Below the pieces are notes generated by a model. The model did no database searches and was not told the origin of the DNA. It was given only the letters and a program-made list of their open reading frames with translations. A stretch of 64,000 nt of DNA from a virus (Duplodnaviria > Caudoviricetes). Both the position numbers and the translations under genes were made by a program. Below are positions 36,366 through 44,162 of the stretch, piece by piece. The DNA is taken from IMG/VR virus record IMGVR_UViG_3300033555_000001, positions 96,001 to 160,000 of that record. One strand, given 5' to 3'. The first letter of the stretch is position 1. Every line of letters begins with the position of its first letter.

Positions 36366-36997
36366 TCCATAGCCCATTTCACGTTGTAGAAAACTTTATT
36401 TCTCCGCTGCAGTGCGAATCACTGATTAGCGCTCTGGCGCTGACGCGGCCGGACTACGCTGAGAACGGTCAGCCACTCAAGCACGAGCGCCAGGTTCCAT
36501 CAGAACACGGTGGAAGTCTTCTAGGTGAGCTGTCAGCAATTGAGCCACTTATTGAGCGCCGCTATTCAGGTGCTGTTCAGAATACTCAACTGCTATTTCA
36601 ACAGTACTGGGAAAATGCAAAAGCGCCGGCCGAGGGACTTGGATGTGAGAGCTCTAAATTCCTACGCAAAAAATGGACGCGTATTAAAGACGTTGATTTA
36701 GTTGGGTTTATTTGGCTTAAAGATTTTCACAACACTGTGCCACTTGATCCGCGGCATGAGGTGTACGGCGGCAAAATAGAATTTCCCGGTTACGACTTTA
36801 GCCTGACACCAGTGCGAGGAACTCTGGTATTATTTCCGGCAACACCTCATTTTGTAAGCGCAATTTCTCACGTCCTGTTAGGATCGTTAGAACAGATTAA
36901 AGTAACAATGAAGCTCACGCAAGATGGAGCTGCCTGGCAATACATGGCCGCTAATTTTCCAGGGTCGTATCAGGAATGGTTTACTGAGGAGTTGTAA
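36362..36997 (+). CDS. 2OG-Fe(II) oxygenase-fold protein, apparently lacking HxD
   Basis: HVVENFISP.QC, YGGKIEF, P.RGTLVLFP; GCE where HxD is expected. Confidence 0.65.
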   Translation: MIHSPFHVVENFISPLQCESLISALALTRPDYAENGQPLKHERQVPSEHGGSLLGELSAIEPLIERRYSGAVQNTQLLFQQYWENAKAPAEGLGCESSKFLRKKWTRIKDVDLVGFIWLKDFHNTVPLDPRHEVYGGKIEFPGYDFSLTPVRGTLVLFPATPHFVSAISHVLLGSLEQIKVTMKLTQDGAAWQYMAANFPGSYQEWFTEEL

Positions 36998-37007
36998 AAC
37001 GCAGTAC

Positions 37008-37925
37008 TTAGGAATATCGCTTCCAGGATCCAGCAGTAGCAGAAGATCCTACCCACTCAAATACTTGATTTAGAGTTCCCAAAGATCCGTCATCTAGTTC
37101 TGCGTAGTTTAAATGAATCAGCGATCTTTCAGGCCCAGTGTTAATTGAACCTGGGTCTGAGGGTAAACCATCTCCCCCTGATAAATTCATAGGTTCAAAT
37201 GCTGTCAACATGACGGCGTCTGCACCATCATCAAATTTATCTGCGTTCATAGTAGTATCTACTACGGTATCTGGCACGGCTTTGACACGACCAGGCATAA
37301 TAATCCACGGATCTTCTTGATTCACGGTGTCGCGCAGGGCATCTATACTCCCACCCATAGCGCTCATCATACTTGTCGGATCGGTGGAGCTGGTAAGCAC
37401 CAGTGGATACCGGCGGACGCGCGGCTTCAGCACTAACACTCCATTTTCACTCCACTCGGTGCTACTAATTTTAAAAGCTAAACCGGGAGCGCTAAACAGC
37501 TTTCCAAGTACTACTGTCCCTAAATTTTTAACTAGAATTCCAATATCGCCGGCTATTTGCCACCTAATGCCTGTAATAACTGCGCCTAACACTCCATCGG
37601 TGTCTCTTTCTATTCTGACTTCTTGATCGTGCGGTAACTTAAAATCGTACACGACAATCTCGGGAACATTCATTCCACTTGAGAAAAGTTCTGGCGGCAT
37701 AAGTCCGGTATGGTGCGTTATAAAAACACCCATTGGATTAAGCACATCAGAAAAATCTTCTAGGACCGCAACTTTGATTTGGTTAGCTGATTGGCCCAGC
37801 TCACGTGATCGGAAAAAAGTACCACCGGCAGTTAGTCTAGCTCGAGTTGCAGATCTAGTTTGCAGCTTAATTGGGCCAACTGGTGCGGGCTTGTAGGAAT
37901 ATAGCTTGGGATCGTTCAGCGCCAT
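37008..37925 (-). CDS. Probable baseplate/tail structural protein
   Basis: 305 aa, co-transcribed after PAAR. Confidence 0.6.
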   Translation of the reverse strand: MALNDPKLYSYKPAPVGPIKLQTRSATRARLTAGGTFFRSRELGQSANQIKVAVLEDFSDVLNPMGVFITHHTGLMPPELFSSGMNVPEIVVYDFKLPHDQEVRIERDTDGVLGAVITGIRWQIAGDIGILVKNLGTVVLGKLFSAPGLAFKISSTEWSENGVLVLKPRVRRYPLVLTSSTDPTSMMSAMGGSIDALRDTVNQEDPWIIMPGRVKAVPDTVVDTTMNADKFDDGADAVMLTAFEPMNLSGGDGLPSDPGSINTGPERSLIHLNYAELDDGSLGTLNQVFEWVGSSATAGSWKRYS

Positions 37926-38224
37926 TATGACTCGATTGAAACGTCAGGAGATCCGGTTGTGGCTACCCCATCGTGAATTTTTTTACCGCACTTGTGTGGA
38001 GCAATCTTTGTTACGCCAGTAAGGGCTACGGGCCTGTTGTTAACAAAAACAGTTGTGGACCAGCCGCCAATAAAAACAGTTGGTGGAAAGCAGCCATGGC
38101 CGGTGGTAGATGGAGTCTCTTGAGTGGTGATGGGCAGCCCATTTGCAAAAACATTTGCACTGCCGCCTGCGGCATGATCACCGCAACTTACACTGTCACC
38201 TATTCTTACTGTGTTTCCGCTCAT
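37925..38224 (-). CDS. PAAR-like spike tip protein (T4 gp5.4-like)
   Basis: RIGD..CG..G.GSANVF.NG.P, H.C, H.G..TGS.DV. Confidence 0.9.
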   Translation of the reverse strand: MSGNTVRIGDSVSCGDHAAGGSANVFANGLPITTQETPSTTGHGCFPPTVFIGGWSTTVFVNNRPVALTGVTKIAPHKCGKKIHDGVATTGSPDVSIES

Positions 38225-38227
38225 TCA

Positions 38228-38806
38228 TTATTTAGAATCCGGAGCCGGATCTGAGGCGGCAACGTTAATGGTATCAGTAAAACCTAGCCTGCACAATTCA
38301 AAAAACAGTTTTCCAGGACTTACGATTATGGACGGCAGTTGTATTCCGCCCGCAATAAGCGCGCTGGCGCAGAGTTCACTGCATACCTGCCCAGTGCCCT
38401 TTCGCCCAATATCAGTGTTAAAGAATTCTTTAAGTCCTATTGAAACTAAATTGTATAAACTATAAGGTTGAATGTTTACGCGACTCATGAGCGCCGGTTC
38501 CATGTCTGTAAAAAGCACTTTTGCGGAAGTTAGCTGCACTGTTATGCGGTGTGAGCTGTATGTGCTTAGCGGTAAAATACGCTTTCCGGCAAACATATTA
38601 GCCTCTACTATCATGAGGCGCTTTTCACCAGAGGGGCTCGTCATCCACAGCGCTACGCCATTATGATATATTTCTGATCCGGTAAAAAACCAGATTCCGG
38701 AATACAAGAGAGACTTAAGAGCAAACTTTTTAGGTATGAACACGTGAATAATATCGCCGTTAGAAATAACCTCACGCGCTTCTTGGTAAGTGATTGTTCT
38801 AGACAT
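38228..38806 (-). CDS. Permuted papain-like amidase (YiiX/YaeF, C92 family)
   Basis: GDII, YHNGV (His) preceding VCSEL (Cys). Confidence 0.8.
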   Translation of the reverse strand: MSRTITYQEAREVISNGDIIHVFIPKKFALKSLLYSGIWFFTGSEIYHNGVALWMTSPSGEKRLMIVEANMFAGKRILPLSTYSSHRITVQLTSAKVLFTDMEPALMSRVNIQPYSLYNLVSIGLKEFFNTDIGRKGTGQVCSELCASALIAGGIQLPSIIVSPGKLFFELCRLGFTDTINVAASDPAPDSK

Positions 38807-38813
38807 AATAGAC

Positions 38814-40445
38814 TTATAGCGGTAAGGATTTACAATACGATCTTACTTGTTCAACTCTTCTCAGCCAGCCCGCTTTAAACGCTGCTTTAGACGGAGCTTT
38901 TTCTACTTTTCCGAGCAAATACGCCTTCATTGAATTACACACGGCGTCAACGGATTCAACGTCTGATAAAGCAGAAATATTAGCCCGCGTCAAAATTGTA
39001 TTTGCGCCACCAAGCCCGCATAAAAAACCAATATTAAATATTGCAATCGCAGTACGTGGTTTATCTTGAGCCAGCGCTGAAGGTCTTTTACCATTCCAGA
39101 ATGAGCTGTATCCTGCGTCACGCGCCTGTTGGTACTTGACGTCTGTTACTTTAATGTTCTTGTTAAACACCTGCGCAATACCGAATTTTGTTTCACCGCC
39201 CGGATCTTTAGGATGATTTACATAGCCTACTTTTCTGCGCTGAGTTTTTGTACTGATTAACCCGTCGCTAACTTCTTGATCAGTAGGCGGCGTTGCCTGC
39301 CATGCAATTACTTCAGTAGCCATAGTGAGTGCCCACGCAAGCTCAAATAAATCAGTGGTGGCCGGTGCAGCTGTGATTGGCACAGCATCTACAGTGTTTG
39401 GGTACCCTGGCCCAAAGGGCGCGCATCCACCTGATCTGGCTCTGGCATTTTCAGGAGTGAGAACGGCGTCTGATGTTCGTGTTTCCAACGACGTTGGATC
39501 CGCGGAGTTGTCTGCGTTAGTGCGCTGCGCCACAGCAAGTGAACCTCTGATGAGCGGCTCAGGATCAATCCTGGTATCATTTGGGAGGCGGCATTCAAAG
39601 TGCAGGTGAGCACCAGTGCCATGCCCGGTATTTCCTTCTTGACCAATCACTTGCCCAGCAATAACTTTTTGATTTTGCGCTACCAGCATTGTGTCTAGGT
39701 GCATGTACACTGTAGTGCACAAGTGTTCGCCAGCCGCGTTAACGTGTTTAATTTTAATGTAATTACCAGCGCCCCTGGGCTCAACCCCTTTAAACACAAC
39801 CTCACCATCCGCTGCCGCCAATACGGGACCAAGCTTGCCGCCCTTGTAGGCAAAGTCGCAGCCCTTGTGTGGCTTGACGATTTTATCGTTGGGGTGTAAG
39901 CGTGCAATACTGAAGCGAGAAGTAACAACCGAGCCAGGAAGAGGGTGTATGAATTGAATACTGCTTGATTTGCTGCCAATTGCTGGTGAGAAAGTATAGC
40001 CGCGCTTATCAATTAACCCAGCGGCGTCTGAGGCCGAGACAACTATCTTAAATGTTTTGCCGAGATTTGGCGCAGAAAAAACACCAAACAGCCGAGCGGT
40101 AGGACCTGCTGAAGTAAATGCCACGCCTGACCATGTTGGTATTTCAGTAGACTCTGCATACCTAATTGACCAGGATGTTGGTGTGCGTTGCTCTCCGGCC
40201 GGCAGTGATTGTAGTTTGAAAGTAGTGTCTACGTTACCGGCGCTGTTAAGAGAAATAGAGGTTGTGTCTATTTTGTTTGCGACATTTCCAGTAGCGTCAT
40301 GATGCATGCCAGTAGGATTGTTTGCGGTTGCCATAAAGCAATCCGCGGTTTCTCCTGGCAGCGGCTGATTGTCCTGAATGCCAGTGGCCCGGTCGGCCCC
40401 TGCACCCTGAACTACAACCGGCGGTTTAGGGCAGCAACCAGCCAT
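38814..40445 (-). CDS. Virion-associated lysin: Ig-like + M23 peptidase + GH108 muramidase + PG-binding domain
   Basis: HKGCD, YMHL, HLHFE (M23); GYVNHPKDPGGETKFGI (GH108); FKAGWLRRV. Confidence 0.88.
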   Translation of the reverse strand: MAGCCPKPPVVVQGAGADRATGIQDNQPLPGETADCFMATANNPTGMHHDATGNVANKIDTTSISLNSAGNVDTTFKLQSLPAGEQRTPTSWSIRYAESTEIPTWSGVAFTSAGPTARLFGVFSAPNLGKTFKIVVSASDAAGLIDKRGYTFSPAIGSKSSSIQFIHPLPGSVVTSRFSIARLHPNDKIVKPHKGCDFAYKGGKLGPVLAAADGEVVFKGVEPRGAGNYIKIKHVNAAGEHLCTTVYMHLDTMLVAQNQKVIAGQVIGQEGNTGHGTGAHLHFECRLPNDTRIDPEPLIRGSLAVAQRTNADNSADPTSLETRTSDAVLTPENARARSGGCAPFGPGYPNTVDAVPITAAPATTDLFELAWALTMATEVIAWQATPPTDQEVSDGLISTKTQRRKVGYVNHPKDPGGETKFGIAQVFNKNIKVTDVKYQQARDAGYSSFWNGKRPSALAQDKPRTAIAIFNIGFLCGLGGANTILTRANISALSDVESVDAVCNSMKAYLLGKVEKAPSKAAFKAGWLRRVEQVRSYCKSLPL

Positions 40446-40448
40446 AAC

Positions 40449-40697
40449 TTATTTGCAGCTCTTAAGGGCCGCGCGCTGCTCGATTTCATAAGCGGTAGAC
40501 AGCTCGCGATCACCCAACAAATCCCTGATTGCGTCAAACACCGAAGTATACGGCGGCTCGTACTGATATGTAGGCTGCGCAGGATCAGGGGTAGCGCACG
40601 GTACTGCAATAGGAATATTCACTGTTTCGGGAATTTTTACCCCGCTTGTAGCGCAACCGCTCAAGAACACAGTTGCGACTAAAATTGCTAATTTCAT
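40449..40697 (-). CDS. Rz1: o-spanin lipoprotein
   Basis: MKLAILVATVFLSGC lipobox, Pro-rich, downstream of i-spanin. Confidence 0.85.
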   Translation of the reverse strand: MKLAILVATVFLSGCATSGVKIPETVNIPIAVPCATPDPAQPTYQYEPPYTSVFDAIRDLLGDRELSTAYEIEQRAALKSCK

Positions 40698-40698
40698 A

Positions 40699-41064
40699 TT
40701 ATGGCCTTTCGTTAACCAAATCCAACGCTGACTTACAATCATTGCCAGGCGTGCTTGGGGTTTTTTTGTAAATGATTTTAGCTTGAGCTTTATTTTTTGC
40801 TGCTAGAGCGGTTGCTTTTTGAACTTCAATTCTGCCAGCCTCAACACGAGCATCCGTGTCTATTTTAAGCTGCGCAATGGCATCATTTTGAGACTTTAGC
40901 GTGGTTGACAAAATAGTGTTTTGCTGTGTCAAAGAGACTATTTCTTTGTTTAGGTTAACAATTTTTTTCTTTAGCCCGTTAACGTATAAAAAAGCTGCAC
41001 CCAGCACAAGAACAATCAAACCAACCCCAATTAGTCGGGTGTACAACGCAGACAATCCAAACAT
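40699..41064 (-). CDS. Rz: i-spanin
   Basis: N-terminal TM, coiled coil, C-terminal Cys. Confidence 0.85.
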   Translation of the reverse strand: MFGLSALYTRLIGVGLIVLVLGAAFLYVNGLKKKIVNLNKEIVSLTQQNTILSTTLKSQNDAIAQLKIDTDARVEAGRIEVQKATALAAKNKAQAKIIYKKTPSTPGNDCKSALDLVNERP

Positions 41065-41089
41065 ATGTTTCTCCTATATTATTGTTACT

Positions 41090-41317
41090 CTATGCCGTAT
41101 AACGAGCCACACCTGAATATGGCAGCGTGAAAAATATTGTTGTTGTGTTGTTATCAGCTGACATTTGAATATCGTACGGCATGAATTTCTGAACGGCGCC
41201 GTCGAATACCGAACTGATGTCGACAATAACTGGCTTACCAAGATTATGGCTAATGACCCATGTTGTTGCTGGAGTTGCTTGGACAAATGTAAAAACTGGC
41301 ATTCCTGAGATAAACAT
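41090..41317 (-). CDS. Small collar/fibre-accessory domain protein (W.I.HNLG family)
   Basis: Paralog of N-terminus of 41835-43169. Confidence 0.75.
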   Translation of the reverse strand: MFISGMPVFTFVQATPATTWVISHNLGKPVIVDISSVFDGAVQKFMPYDIQMSADNNTTTIFFTLPYSGVARYTA

Positions 41318-41565
41318 TAGACCACCATAGCGATACCAGCTCGCGCAGATTGAAAGGTAACTACGGCAGTTGTATTATTGACGTACGAAATACCAAATGG
41401 AATAACCCTTGAAAGATTACCATCAACCGTAATGTAGACGTCAATAATTGGGTAATCATACAGCCCGTGATTAATTGTCCATACTGTCGCAGGAACTGCT
41501 TGCGTGTGTTGATAGCAAGTAGCAACGCGGCTTTGTAGAATCTGCCCAGTTGATCCTGTACTCAT
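41317..41565 (-). CDS. Small collar/fibre-accessory domain protein
   Basis: Paralog of 43169-43414 (RVAT.YQHTQ..W.I.H.LYD.PIIDVY). Confidence 0.8.
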   Translation of the reverse strand: MSTGSTGQILQSRVATCYQHTQAVPATVWTINHGLYDYPIIDVYITVDGNLSRVIPFGISYVNNTTAVVTFQSARAGIAMVV

Positions 41566-41577
41566 TTTTAGTGCTCC

Positions 41578-41673
41578 TTAGATTAGACGAGCGTAACCAG
41601 CCGTAGAGGAACTAAACGTGGCTGTCATTTGATTATTACTATCAACACGATTAGCATTACTGTAAAACTTCAC
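41578..41673 (-). pseudogene. 31-codon internally deleted copy of gene 43423-44025
   Basis: VKFYSNAN fused to RVDSNNQMTATFSSSTAGYARLI*, matching both termini of the 200-aa paralog. Confidence 0.8.
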
Positions 41674-41699
41674 GGTAATCCGTTATTGATTGGCACTGT

Positions 41700-41820
41700 G
41701 TGAAATTCATCAGATCTATTTACGATTATTTGCAATTATTTGCGGCATATACGAAGAAAGCGGCACTGGGCCGCTTTCTAATTACTTCTGAGTATTACTT
41801 AGACTGCAGCAAGACCCATG
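41700..41820. repeat. ~120-bp direct repeat copy 1 (end of fibre gene + terminator + TAAATA promoter)
   Basis: Near-identical to 44052-44162. Confidence 0.9.
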
Positions 41821-41834
41821 CTCCTATATTGTTA

Positions 41835-43169
41835 TTATCCTAAGTTACTAAACAGCTGCAGTTGTCCTGCTTTTGTTGTGACAACGTTAGCTTTAGTGGT
41901 CCAAGTTACTCCATCAGGCGAACTCTGCAGCGCGAACTCTTTTGCGTGATAACCGCTGTCGGCGTTGAAGGCTTCCATTCTGATTGACCTTACGGTTGCA
42001 GCACTAGCAAACTCAAGTTCCCAAAAAGTTGGGATTGTCGCGTTTGGCCCGTATGGGTCGTTTTGCCAGTAAGTAATTGTATTGTTATCATTAGCGTTTG
42101 ACGCCGGATATTGAGGAGGGGTTGTATTTGCAGAAGCGGTACCCACGATTCGCGCACCCGTACCATCAGTTGACTCGTAGAACGAGAACTCGCGAATGAT
42201 TTGGAGGTACGTGCCAAAATTGGCTTCCCAACTAGGTTGCGTTGCTAATAGTCTCCAGCGAGATGCGCCACTAACCACTAGAGGGCCGTTAGTGTATCCG
42301 CCTGCTCCAATTGGAAAAAAGCCCTCAGGATAACTTCCAGCAAATCCATTTGTTGAGGCAAACGACGAGGTTGGGTCAGCTACTAGTTTAAAACCATTAC
42401 CAATGGGGAGTTGATAATCATTTGTTACGGCCCAAAGATTACCAAGAGAATCTTTTTGATACGCAACTCCGGCGAGCGGACCGTCATACTTCATGCCATT
42501 GTGCAGCGTGGTCAAATACGAACCATTACTTTGTATACATCCACCTGCTGGCTGGGTACCCTCAGACCATGTATAAAGCCCACAAGGCGCATATGAGCCC
42601 GCACCAGGCGGCACGCTAAAGTTAATGCTTCCAGTGCCACCAGGACTGCTAATTTCAGCAATAATCTGATTTGCAAATGGCGCGTAATTTCGATAGGACT
42701 GAGTGTACTTATTGCTTATTGCCAAACCACGCTCGTTGAGCAGCATATATTCTGGAATGTCATTTTGATTAGCGTAAACATTACCGTTGTATCTACCGTA
42801 AGTTTCACCGGTAACAGGGTCAACAAACAGGGACTCAGTGAATTCAGCGCTAATCTGCTGTCGTGCTGATTGCACCTGATTTAAATCATGTTCGTGCTCG
42901 GACAACAGCACATAGTAATCTGTAGTTGGCTCAACAACATCGTAGCCGACAATCCTGGCCTCACCAAACAGCGGGCTGGCAAAAAGAATAGTAGTTGTGT
43001 TTTGGTCTGCCGAAGTTTGAACCGCTAGCGGGGTAATGGGCTTTAACACGCCGTTAAGTGTTGCCAACACTGTTACAATTACAGGCCTGCCAAAGTTATG
43101 ATTAATCACCCACGATTTAGAGGGCGGTCCTTGCACAAATGTATTGATAGGTAAGCCGGTTTTTGACAT
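41835..43169 (-). CDS. Collar-domain protein with C-terminal discoidin (F5/8C, CBM32-like) domain; putative receptor/carbohydrate binding
   Basis: NANDNN..TYW, WELEF, KEFALQSSPDGVTW. Confidence 0.75.
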   Translation of the reverse strand: MSKTGLPINTFVQGPPSKSWVINHNFGRPVIVTVLATLNGVLKPITPLAVQTSADQNTTTILFASPLFGEARIVGYDVVEPTTDYYVLLSEHEHDLNQVQSARQQISAEFTESLFVDPVTGETYGRYNGNVYANQNDIPEYMLLNERGLAISNKYTQSYRNYAPFANQIIAEISSPGGTGSINFSVPPGAGSYAPCGLYTWSEGTQPAGGCIQSNGSYLTTLHNGMKYDGPLAGVAYQKDSLGNLWAVTNDYQLPIGNGFKLVADPTSSFASTNGFAGSYPEGFFPIGAGGYTNGPLVVSGASRWRLLATQPSWEANFGTYLQIIREFSFYESTDGTGARIVGTASANTTPPQYPASNANDNNTITYWQNDPYGPNATIPTFWELEFASAATVRSIRMEAFNADSGYHAKEFALQSSPDGVTWTTKANVVTTKAGQLQLFSNLG

Positions 43170-43414
43170 TAGATCACCAGTGCCACGCCTGAGCGTGCCT
43201 CTTGAAAAGTTACGTTAGCCACAGTATCACTTACGTGGGATATTGATGCAGGAACAATTTTAGTCAGTGTTCCGGCAATATCAGTATAAACGTCAATGAT
43301 TGGGAAATCATACAGCCGATGCTCAATTACCCAGGTTGTTGCTGCCGTAGTCTGTGTGTGTTGATACAGCGTGGCCACTCTTGGTGTAAGCTGGCCAGGT
43401 TTGTATGTTTTCAT
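43169..43414 (-). CDS. Small collar/fibre-accessory domain protein
   Basis: Paralog of 41317-41565. Confidence 0.8.
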   Translation of the reverse strand: MKTYKPGQLTPRVATLYQHTQTTAATTWVIEHRLYDFPIIDVYTDIAGTLTKIVPASISHVSDTVANVTFQEARSGVALVI

Positions 43415-43422
43415 CTCGACCT

Positions 43423-44025
43423 TTAGATCAAGCGCGCGTAACCAGAAACTGCCGTGCTGAAAGTAAGTGTTACTTGATTATTGCTGTTGTGTTCTACAGT
43501 AAGCGGCTGCACTTCGTTGGTGCCGACAAATGCGCGTACGATTGGCTGATAGCCCAAGTTGTGCAAGATGACCCACGATGTAGCTGGTGCTGATTGGTAA
43601 AATGTAAACGCGTATGTTGGTCTGCTTGCACCATCTGCATGGCCAGTAAGAATAACAGCACGACCAATTGCCAGCGCAGCAAGAGATACTTTTACTGAGT
43701 TTGGTGACAGTACTTCAATTTCGTCAGGAATAACAACGCGTGATAGCCCGTCGAATACTTGAATTTGTACCGAGGTAGTATTTAAGTTGTGAGCAATAAC
43801 CCATTCACCTGCAGCGACCGATTGGTTGTGTGTAAAAGAAGTAATTTCGCGGGTCATTGGTACCCATACTGGCAAATTATCAGTAAGACTCAGGCAAATA
43901 TAAACAATTTTGTTTACAAAGGCGATTTGACCAACCTTTGGTGATATTGGAAATGCTGTCTCAATTGGTAAAACTGCGTTTTGGAGTTCGTTCTGTTGTA
44001 GATTAGCGTTGCCGTAAAACTTCAT
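43423..44025 (-). CDS. Structural protein with two W.I.HNL domains
   Basis: AAGGA SD, late promoter; tandem domains. Confidence 0.8.
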   Translation of the reverse strand: MKFYGNANLQQNELQNAVLPIETAFPISPKVGQIAFVNKIVYICLSLTDNLPVWVPMTREITSFTHNQSVAAGEWVIAHNLNTTSVQIQVFDGLSRVVIPDEIEVLSPNSVKVSLAALAIGRAVILTGHADGASRPTYAFTFYQSAPATSWVILHNLGYQPIVRAFVGTNEVQPLTVEHNSNNQVTLTFSTAVSGYARLI

Positions 44026-44051
44026 GGTAATCCTTTATTAATTAGTAATGC

Positions 44052-44162
44052 GTGAAATTCATCAGATCTATTTATGATTATTCGAGGCATATACAAAGAA
44101 AGCGGCACGGGGCCGCTTTCTAATTACTTCTGAGCATTACTTAGACTGCAGCAAGACCCATG
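44052..44162. repeat. Direct repeat copy 2; contains terminator hairpin GAAAGCGGC-N5-GCCGCTTTC and TAAATA (-)
   Basis: Near-identical to 41700-41820. Confidence 0.9.

Noticed and set aside
38814-40445. MAGCC N-terminus as a eukaryote-type myristoylation/palmitoylation signal
   Set aside because: Gly is not at position 2 and the host appears bacterial; kept only as a remark
41799-41819. Mini-ORF MGLAAV with AGGAG upstream
   Set aside because: SD-ATG spacing is only 1 nt; better explained as the recombination junction of the repeat
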